From IMG/VR virus record IMGVR_UViG_3300029241_000122, positions 1 to 6,432 of that record: a DNA stretch of 6,432 bases. One strand, given 5' to 3'. This document shows, piece by piece, positions 1 to 4,997 of the stretch. The DNA comes from a virus. Its lineage: Duplodnaviria; Heunggongvirae; Uroviricota; Caudoviricetes. A program made the position numbers and the translations under genes. How positions within the stretch are numbered: position 1 is the stretch's first letter; the number at the start of each line of letters is the position of its first letter. Under the pieces are notes generated by a model. That model saw only the letters and a list, made by a program, of their open reading frames with translations, made no database searches and was not told the origin of the DNA.

Positions 1-221
1 TGATAGAAACAGAAGCCACTGGAGCACCTCAAAAACACCATCATACACTAAATCAGTAAGTTGGCAGCATCACCAACATAATCTGTCGCGAGTGCCGGAA
101 GAGTGAAGCTATGCAGCGTGTACTGGCTTTCTATCAGGGTAATTTTCAGGAGGCGGTACTGTGAGTGAAATTAGCTATCAGGCTTCAATTACCGCTGGCA
201 TTCGCATCAAAGGAGAGGAGC

Positions 222-578
222 ATGGAAATAAAACCAGAGGATGAGTTAAGCAATATCGTTTTATTTCCGGTAAAAGAGGATGACCCTCGTAATCAGGTTA
301 ATTTTCTTTATGAGCCATCGGAAAGACCATATTGTCATCACGCCTCTGTCCGGGTTGACGAAAAAGAGCGTCAGGTCCGCTGTAAAATCTGCGGTGCAGT
401 TGTGGAGCCATTTGACTGGATGCTCTCTGTGGCGAAAAGAGAAACCAGACTGGCAGATGATGTAAGGCTCTTGCGTCAGGAGGAGCGGGAAAGGCGAAAA
501 AATATAGAAAAGCTAATTCAGATTGAGCGTAACGCGAAAGCGCGGATACGCAGGGCGACAAAATCCAGAACTGAATAA
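222..578 (+). CDS. Hypothetical protein, 118 aa, with a Cys/His zinc-ribbon-like motif (PYCHH...x13...CKICG) and a basic coiled-coil-like C-terminus
   Basis: ATG at 222 is preceded by the SD AGGAG (211-215) at 6-nt spacing; stop TAA at 576-578. The ORF track uses an in-frame GTG at 165 (alternative start, 11 nt after AGGAGG 148-153). A 27-codon uORF (GTG 161 to TGA 242-244, SD spacing 7 nt) overlaps the ATG and could be a coupled leader. Function unknown. Confidence 0.6.
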   Translation: MEIKPEDELSNIVLFPVKEDDPRNQVNFLYEPSERPYCHHASVRVDEKERQVRCKICGAVVEPFDWMLSVAKRETRLADDVRLLRQEERERRKNIEKLIQIERNAKARIRRATKSRTE

Positions 579-642
579 TTAAATTTAGCTCTGTTAAAAA
601 TTTAATCCTTAACCGGAGGGATTTCTGCACCCTCAGAACATC

Positions 643-674
643 AGGAGGCCGCCCGAAAGGGCGGTAGTTAAATG
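643..674 (+). promoter_or_regulatory. Structured ribosome-binding site: SD AGGAGG (643-648), then a 6-bp hairpin with GAAA tetraloop (649-664), then ATG (672)
   Basis: CCGCCC GAAA GGGCGG is a perfect 6-bp GC stem with a GNRA loop lying between the SD and the start codon. Linear SD-to-ATG spacing is 23 nt; with the hairpin folded the effective spacing is about 7 nt. No U-tract follows, so it is not a terminator. Confidence 0.35.
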
Positions 675-854
675 CGAAAGTTTAAAATAATTATTGAAAC
701 GGGAATAGCCGGTGGAGATTTCGAGGATGAATTCGAAGTGGATGATGATGCGACGCCTGATGAAATACATGACGAAGCAAAAGATATTTTCTTTAACTAC
801 TGCAATTACTCATATCACGAAATAAAAGACGAAGAGGAAGAACAAAATGGCTGA
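672..854 (+). CDS. Small highly acidic protein, 60 aa (D/E-rich, ends KDEEEEQNG)
   Basis: ORF with ATG at 672 directly after the hairpin-bridged SD. Its stop TGA (852-854) overlaps the next ATG (847) in an ATGGCTGA arrangement. Strongly acidic composition. Function unknown. Confidence 0.6.
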   Translation: MRKFKIIIETGIAGGDFEDEFEVDDDATPDEIHDEAKDIFFNYCNYSYHEIKDEEEEQNG

Positions 855-1023
855 TTTTGGTTCAACTAAATACAACGTCAGTTTTGAAGAATGGCATGAA
901 CTGTTAATGGGCTATGCAGAGTTACGTGGTGGCAGTGCTGCTGATGCTGAAGCATGGCGTGATGATTATGAAGCAGGAAAAACTCCGGTCGAAGCATATT
1001 GTGATGAGTGGGGCGATGAATGA
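847..1023 (+). CDS. Small acidic protein, 58 aa (MADFGSTKYNVSFEEWHELLMGYAELRGG...CDEWGDE)
   Basis: Falls below the 60-aa ORF-track cutoff and was found by hand translation. SD GAGGAAG lies about 7 nt upstream of ATG 847. Its stop overlaps the next ATG as ATGA (1020-1023). Composition is protein-like. Confidence 0.55.
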   Translation: MADFGSTKYNVSFEEWHELLMGYAELRGGSAADAEAWRDDYEAGKTPVEAYCDEWGDE

Positions 1024-1336
1024 GCGAGGTTAATTATCAGGAAGGGCATGAAACGGCGGGGCAAGCAAAAACAGTGGCATGGCGATATCGCTACGTGAAA
1101 AAAAAGGCGTTACGGACTTTCAGGGGAAGTAGTGGTCTGGTGACTGGAAATATGTACCGAAAAAAGAGGATTGTAACGACAGGCCGAACTATGAAATTCA
1201 GGCCTTATTCACTGCCCCGCCAGTCCCGGTTACATCAGAAGAACTGGTTAAAGCTGTGCACTTTTATGAACAACTAAAACGCGAAAATCCACCAGCATCC
1301 GGAAACCTGATTACAGATTCCCAGATAAGGCAATGA
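1020..1336 (+). pseudogene. Frame-disrupted ORF: N-terminal part in frame 0 (MSEVNYQEGHETAGQAKTVAWRYRYVKKK...), C-terminal part in the -1 frame (...DWKYVPKKEDCNDRPNYEIQALFTAPPVPVTSEELVKAVHFYEQLKRENPPASGNLITDSQIRQ, stop 1334-1336)
   Basis: Frame 0 after the A8 run (1098-1105) turns R/K-rich and junk-like. The -1 frame from 1133 to 1336 reads like real protein but has no start codon. Two in-frame A_AAA_AAG heptamers lie at 1100-1106 and 1160-1166. Either a homopolymer frameshift pseudogene or a -1 frameshift site. Confidence 0.4.
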
Positions 1337-1432
1337 GCTACCTGGCGCAGAACGGGCTGATAAGTATGGGGAATGTTTTACGATGAATATTTAGACTAAA
1401 GAGTTTGTAACGCTATGTAAGTGATTTTTTCT

Positions 1433-1460
1433 GGTTTAGATATTTATATGTCCGGCCAAA
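1433..1460 (+). repeat. Left copy of an imperfect ~30-bp direct repeat (GGTTTAG-ATATTTA-TATGTCCGGCCAAA)
   Basis: Matches the right copy at 1704-1735 over the blocks GGTTTAG (7/7), ATATTTA (7/7) and TGT.CCGG.CAAA. The two copies bracket the AT-rich islet that carries the small membrane protein gene. Confidence 0.5.
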
Positions 1461-1506
1461 TTGAGGTGTGTTTAAATGTAATTGCACATTGATTGTAGGA
1501 GGAATA

Positions 1507-1686
1507 ATGAAAAACGCATTGCAGTTTTTGTTTGTTGCGTTCTGGTTGTTCGTATCATGTATGCCCATCATCTTCACAGCAAGGTATATGGAAAAAGTTG
1601 ATGTTTTGATATTAATATTTGGATATATAAATGCCCTTTTTTTAGGGGTGTTCATGGCGGTCATGTGCATTGAATACTGGCGGTAA
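1507..1686 (+). CDS. Small membrane protein, 59 aa, with two predicted hydrophobic helices (MKNALQFLFVAFWLFVSCMPIIF...VDVLILIFGYINALFLGVFMAVMCI)
   Basis: Strong SD AGGAGG (1497-1502) lies 4 nt before ATG 1507; stop TAA 1684-1686. The ORF-track start (GTG 1468) is in frame but lacks an SD. Sits in an AT-rich block between the direct repeats. Confidence 0.6.
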   Translation: MKNALQFLFVAFWLFVSCMPIIFTARYMEKVDVLILIFGYINALFLGVFMAVMCIEYWR

Positions 1687-1703
1687 ATACAGCGAACGCC
1701 ATT

Positions 1704-1735
1704 GGTTTAGTTGGATATTTACTGTGCCGGACAAA
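1704..1735 (+). repeat. Right copy of the imperfect direct repeat (GGTTTAG-TTGG-ATATTTA-CTGTGCCGGACAAA)
   Basis: See the left copy at 1433-1460. This copy carries an extra TTGG and lies just upstream of the predicted hok promoter. Confidence 0.5.
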
Positions 1736-1741
1736 AACGGT

Positions 1742-1769
1742 TTGCGGGGAAATCTTAGTTAAGTAGAAT
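1742..1769 (+). promoter_or_regulatory. Candidate sigma70 promoter of the hok mRNA (-35 TTGCGG 1742-1747, 16-bp spacer, -10 TAGAAT 1764-1769)
   Basis: The predicted transcript start near 1776 begins GGGTGCTTGAGGCTATCTG..., which resembles the 5' end of plasmid R1 hok mRNA (GGCGCTTGAGGCTTTCTG..., recalled from memory). The leader around 1900-1945 also resembles the R1 hok leader (GATAGCCTCTTAC...AAGGAGAAG). Confidence 0.45.
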
Positions 1770-1888
1770 GACTGCGGGTGCTTGAGGCTATCTGTCTCAG
1801 GCATGAACACCAAAAGGCAGATAGAGAAAAGCCCCAGTTAACATTACGCGTCCTGCAAGACGCTTAACATTAATCTGAGGCCATATCT

Positions 1889-1948
1889 ATGCGACACATA
1901 GAGATTAGCCTCTTACGGACCGAAAGGTCAAGGAGAAGCAGGCTATGA
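1889..1948 (+). CDS. mok-like 19-codon leader ORF translationally coupled to hok (stop TGA overlaps the hok ATG in CTATGAAG)
   Basis: ATG 1889 to TGA 1946-1948, 4-nt overlap with the hok start. Position matches mok in hok/sok loci, but the ORF is much shorter than R1 mok. Confidence 0.4.
   Translation: MRHIEISLLRTERSRRSRL
1902..1931 (-). promoter_or_regulatory. Candidate Sok-like antisense promoter (minus strand: -35 TTGACC, 18-bp spacer, -10 TAATCT)
   Basis: The reverse complement of 1902-1931 reads TTGACC-N18-TAATCT. Transcription would run leftward from about 1895, antisense to the mok-like start region, as the Sok RNA does in hok/sok systems. No clean terminator was found for it. Confidence 0.3.
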
Positions 1949-2109
1949 AGCAGCAAAAGGCGATGTTAATCGCCCTGATCGTCATCTGTTTAACCGTCAT
2001 AGTGANNNNNNNNNNNNNNNNNNNNNNNNNNNNNNNCCTCTGCGAGGTATGAATCCGAACCGGCCAGACGGAGGTCGCTGTCTTCACAGCTTACGAACCT
2101 GAGGAGTAA
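1945..2109 (+). pseudogene. hokD: Hok/Gef family type I toxin gene (HokD/RelF-like), interrupted by a 31-N run and carrying an in-frame TGA at 2050-2052
   Basis: N-terminus MKQQKAMLIALIVICLTVIV matches HokD as recalled. After the N-run the frame reads LCEV-TGA-IRTGQTEVAVFTAYEPEE-TAA, i.e. the conserved Hok C-terminus with TGA where Arg (CGA) is expected. SD AAGGAG lies about 10 nt upstream of the ATG. Confidence 0.65.
2006..2036. other. Run of 31 N (unresolved or masked bases) inside the hok ORF
   Basis: Seen directly in the sequence. If the length is exact, the hok frame is preserved across it. Confidence 0.95.
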
Positions 2110-2178
2110 GAGACCTGGCGGGGGAGAAATCCCTCGCCACCTCTGATGTGTCAGGCATCCTCAACGCACCCGCACTTA

Positions 2179-2204
2179 ACCCGCTTCGGCGGGTTTTGTT
2201 TTTT
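2179..2204 (+). terminator. Rho-independent terminator at the hok mRNA 3' end
   Basis: ACCCGC-TTCG-GCGGGT hairpin (6-bp stem, UUCG tetraloop) immediately followed by TTTGTTTTTT. A second GC-rich hairpin lies upstream at about 2113-2136. Confidence 0.8.
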
Positions 2205-2276
2205 CCTGGCATTCTGGTTTACAATTCGCACGTCAGCCTGAACACCTGACACCTGCTGCGCCAGCAGAGAAAACAG

Positions 2277-2549
2277 ATGGCGCACAAAACCAAATTTCAC
2301 AATTCTGATACCGACCTTGCCATCCGGCATGAGCGGCGTTCACACGCATTTAAAACCGACTGGTACCAACACCCACCATGTACTGAAGAACAGGCCGAAT
2401 GGCTGATTCATTCTTACCGCAGGCGCGGGTTCGAGGTTAAGAAAGCTCTCAGTCTCGACTATCGGCACTGGATAATCTCTGTCAGGCTGCCTTATTCCGA
2501 ACGCCCACCACGTCCGTCCCGCACTTTCCAGCAACGGATCTGGAGGTAA
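2277..2549 (+). CDS. Hypothetical protein, 90 aa; possibly the N-terminal part of a disrupted gene that continues in the 2551 frame
   Basis: ATG 2277 has a weak SD and an in-frame stop just upstream at 2247. The C-terminal residues (PPRPSRTFQQRIWR) look out-of-frame, and the next ORF frame is already open from 2476. Confidence 0.35.
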   Translation: MAHKTKFHNSDTDLAIRHERRSHAFKTDWYQHPPCTEEQAEWLIHSYRRRGFEVKKALSLDYRHWIISVRLPYSERPPRPSRTFQQRIWR

Positions 2550-2550
2550 C

Positions 2551-2958
2551 GTGCGGGTATTACTTAGACCTGTTCTGGTGCCTGAGCTTGGGCTGGTGGT
2601 CCTTAAGCCGGGCCGTGAATCCATACAGATATTTCATAATCCTCGAGTGCTGGTGGAGCCGGAACCGAAAAGCATGCGTAATCTGCCGTCCGGGGTTGTT
2701 CCTGCCGTTCGCCAGCCGCTAGTGGAAGACAAAACATTGCTGCCGTTTTTCAGTAACGCACGGGTGATTCGTGCTGCTGGTGGTGCTGGTGCATTGTCTG
2801 ACTGGCTGTTGCGCCATATTAAATCCTGCCAGTGGCCACACGGCGATTATCATCACAGCGAAACCGTCATTCACCGTTATGGTACCGGCGCAATGGTGTT
2901 GTGCTGGCACTGCGACAACCAGCTGCGTGACCAGACAGGCGACCGCAATCATTACTGA
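2551..2958 (+). CDS. Cys/His-rich, zinc-binding-like C-terminal domain protein (CQWPHGDYHH...CWHCDNQ); resembles DUF968-type lambdoid prophage proteins (YdfU/YdaW-like), probably a fragment
   Basis: Starts at GTG 2551; stop TGA 2956-2958 abuts the ATG of the Rz fragment. The family assignment is from memory and unverified. Confidence 0.45.
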   Translation: MRVLLRPVLVPELGLVVLKPGRESIQIFHNPRVLVEPEPKSMRNLPSGVVPAVRQPLVEDKTLLPFFSNARVIRAAGGAGALSDWLLRHIKSCQWPHGDYHHSETVIHRYGTGAMVLCWHCDNQLRDQTGDRNHY

Positions 2959-2959
2959 C

Positions 2960-3265
2960 ATGCAGATACGCCAGCGTGATGTTGCTGCACTCGATGCAAA
3001 ATACCTGAAGGAGTTAGCTGATGCGAAAGCTGAAAATGATGCTCTGCGTGATGATGTTGCCGCTGGTCGTCGTCGGTTGCGCATCAAAGCAGTCTGTCAG
3101 TCAGTGCGTGAAGCCACCGCCACCTCCAGCGTGGATAATGCAGTCTCCCCCAGACTGGCAGACACCGCTGAACGGGATTATTTCACCCTCCGGGAACGAC
3201 TGGTAATGATGCAGGCCCAACTTGAAGGTGCTCAGCAATACATAACCGAACAGTGTTTAAAGTAA
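2960..3265 (+). pseudogene. rzpR: N-terminally truncated Rz i-spanin (lysis gene remnant)
   Basis: Translation ...ITDMQIRQRDVAALDAKYLKELADAKAENDALRDDVAAGRRRLRIKAVCQSVREATA...DYFTLRERLVMMQAQLEGAQQYITEQCLK closely matches the C-terminal two-thirds of lambda Rz. The N-terminal TM segment is missing. The longer track ORF from 2771 is an out-of-frame read of the upstream gene. Confidence 0.75.
3021..3206 (+). CDS. rzoR: Rz1 o-spanin outer-membrane lipoprotein, embedded in the +1 frame of Rz
   Basis: MRKLKMMLCVMMLPLVVVGC with lipobox VVGC, proline-rich PPPPPAW segment, 61 aa, near-identical to lambda Rz1 as recalled. SD AAGGAG lies 7 nt upstream of ATG 3021. Confidence 0.8.
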   Translation: MRKLKMMLCVMMLPLVVVGCASKQSVSQCVKPPPPPAWIMQSPPDWQTPLNGIISPSGNDW

Positions 3266-3402
3266 AATCTTAACTACAATATGATTCATTTTGATGATTG
3301 TTTCATAAGGAACAGTGAAGTAAGATCTAAGAGGAGTTAAATTTTATACAGTATAATCATAATATTGCAGCAAGGTGGTTATAATTGAAAGAATATTTAG
3401 AT

Positions 3403-4860
3403 ATGAATACATCTCATGTAAGAGTTGTTACTCATATGTGTGGGTTCCTGGTTTGGCTCTATAGTCTTTCAATGTTGCCACCAATGGTTGTAGCATTGTT
3501 TTATAAAGAAAAAAGCCTGTTCGTTTTCTTTATAACTTTCGTTATATTTTTTTGCATTGGTGGCGGAGCGTGGTATACAACTAAGAAATCTGGCATTCAA
3601 TTACGTACCCGTGATGGGTTTATTATAATTGTAATGTTTTGGATTTTGTTTTCTGTTATTAGTGCATTCCCTTTATGGATTGACTCAGAACTTAATTTAA
3701 CGTTCATTGATGCTCTGTTTGAAGGGGTTTCTGGAATAACAACAACAGGAGCAACTGTAATTGATGATGTTAGTTCATTACCTCGGGCATATTTGTACTA
3801 TCGGTCACAGTTAAATTTTATAGGTGGTTTAGGAGTTATTGTTCTGGCGGTTGCAGTATTGCCATTATTGGGTATTGGTGGTGCAAAGCTTTATCAGTCA
3901 GAAATGCCGGGGCCATTTAAGGATGACAAACTCACTCCCCGCCTGGCCGATACGTCACGGACACTGTGGATAACTTATTCTTTATTAGGTATTGCTTGTA
4001 TTGTCTGTTATAGACTTGCAGGAATGCCTTTGTTTGATGCTATTTGTCACGGGATTTCCACAGTTTCGCTTGGTGGTTTCTCAACTCATAGCGAGAGTAT
4101 CGGATATTTTAATAACTATTTGGTTGAGCTGGTGGCTGGTGCTTTTTCCCTGCTATCGGCTTTCAACTTTACTCTTTGGTATATTGTTATTAGCAGAAAA
4201 ACGATAAAACCTTTAATCAGAGATATTGAACTTCGTTTCTTTCTGTTAATAGCCTTAGTGGTGATCATTGTTACCTCTTTCCAGGTCTGGCATATAGGTA
4301 TGTATGACTTGCATGGAAGTTTTATTCATTCGTTTTTTCTTGCCAGCTCCATGCTCACTGATAATGGTTTAGCTACGCAAGATTATGCAAACTGGCCCAC
4401 GCACACGATAGTGTTTTTGCTGTTGTCAAGTTTCTTTGGGGGATGTATAGGTTCAACTTGTGGTGGAATTAAGTCACTTCGATTTCTTATACTTTTCAAA
4501 CAAAGCAAACACGAGATAAATCAGCTTTCTCATCCCAGAGCGTTGTTGAGTGTAAATGTAGGAGGGAAGATAGTTACAGATCGTGTAATGAGGTCTGTAT
4601 GGAGTTTCTTTTTTCTTTATACTCTCTTCACGGTGTTTTTTATACTGGTGTTAAATGGTATGGGATATGATTTTCTTACATCATTTGCAACAGTGGCTGC
4701 ATGTATTAATAATATGGGATTAGGTTTTGGGGCTACTGCATCGTCATTCGGAGTGCTTAATGACATTGCAAAATATTTAATGTGCATAGCTATGATTCTT
4801 GGTCGCCTTGAAATTTATCCTGTTATTATATTGTTTTCAGTTTTTTTTTGGCGCTCCTAA
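3403..4860 (+). CDS. trkG: TrkG, Trk-system K+ uptake membrane protein (TrkH/TrkG family), 485 aa
   Basis: Translation from ATG 3403 (MNTSHVRVVTHMCGFLVWLY...) matches E. coli TrkG as recalled and aligns with TrkH motifs (GATxxxxxSLP, EMPGP, GGxGSTxGG). Markedly AT-rich relative to flanks. An upstream TTG at 3385 preceded by AAGGTGG is an alternative start. Confidence 0.9.
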   Translation: MNTSHVRVVTHMCGFLVWLYSLSMLPPMVVALFYKEKSLFVFFITFVIFFCIGGGAWYTTKKSGIQLRTRDGFIIIVMFWILFSVISAFPLWIDSELNLTFIDALFEGVSGITTTGATVIDDVSSLPRAYLYYRSQLNFIGGLGVIVLAVAVLPLLGIGGAKLYQSEMPGPFKDDKLTPRLADTSRTLWITYSLLGIACIVCYRLAGMPLFDAICHGISTVSLGGFSTHSESIGYFNNYLVELVAGAFSLLSAFNFTLWYIVISRKTIKPLIRDIELRFFLLIALVVIIVTSFQVWHIGMYDLHGSFIHSFFLASSMLTDNGLATQDYANWPTHTIVFLLLSSFFGGCIGSTCGGIKSLRFLILFKQSKHEINQLSHPRALLSVNVGGKIVTDRVMRSVWSFFFLYTLFTVFFILVLNGMGYDFLTSFATVAACINNMGLGFGATASSFGVLNDIAKYLMCIAMILGRLEIYPVIILFSVFFWRS

Positions 4861-4943
4861 TATATGGCTGATTTATAATTGTGAGTTTAATATTATATTG
4901 ACTCACTCATTGATCCAATACCTAACTTTACCAGCAACACCTC

Positions 4944-4980
4944 CGCCCCCAGTAGCACTGGCTGCTGGGGTGCGTTTTAT
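4944..4980 (+). terminator. Putative intrinsic terminator downstream of trkG
   Basis: Stem CCCCAGTAGC / GCTGCTGGGG (10 bp with one G-U pair, loop ACTG), extendable by 3 bp with one bulge, followed by TTTTAT. It lies only about 18 nt before the next start codon, so it may be a partial terminator or attenuator. Confidence 0.45.
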
Positions 4981-4997
4981 TCATAAAGCAAGGCTGT

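Noticed and set aside
45-66. Similarity of TAAGTTGGCA to the lambda att core
   Set aside because: Only about 10 bp match, with no flanking arm-type sites or integrase; probably chance.
280-465. Plus-strand 61-aa ORF in an alternative frame
   Set aside because: Nested out of frame inside the 222-578 gene; no SD; composition not protein-like.
298-630. Minus-strand ORF of 110 aa
   Set aside because: Lies entirely antisense to the better-supported plus-strand ORF at 222-578, has no RBS and reads as junk; a shadow ORF.
649-664. boxB-like hairpin as a phage N-utilisation (nut) site
   Set aside because: No boxA-like element (CGCTCTTA) lies upstream and the stem and loop differ from lambda boxB; a structured RBS is the simpler reading.
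1413-1670. Minus-strand ORF of 85 aa in the AT-rich islet
   Set aside because: Antisense to the small membrane protein gene, which has a strong SD; AT-rich sequence gives spurious open frames.
1-1944. relB/relE antitoxin-toxin genes upstream of the HokD-like gene, as in the K-12 relBEF operon
   Set aside because: Looked for but not found; none of the upstream ORFs resembles RelB or RelE.
1905-2087. Minus-strand 60-aa ORF spanning the N-run
   Set aside because: Antisense to hok, reads through 31 unknown bases, and has no homology signal.
2340-2624. Minus-strand ORF of 94 aa
   Set aside because: Shadow ORF opposite the plus-strand ORFs at 2277-2958; Pro/Arg/Ser-rich junk composition.
2771-2959. 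N-terminal extension of the Rz ORF (track ORF starting at 2771)
   Set aside because: This part is an out-of-frame read of the upstream Cys/His-rich gene and has no Rz homology; Rz similarity begins only near 2935-2960.
2719-3087. Minus-strand ORF of 122 aa
   Set aside because: Antisense to the Rz/Rz1 region, whose plus-strand homology is unambiguous.
3992-4207. Plus-strand 71-aa ORF inside trkG
   Set aside because: Alternative frame within a well-supported transporter gene.
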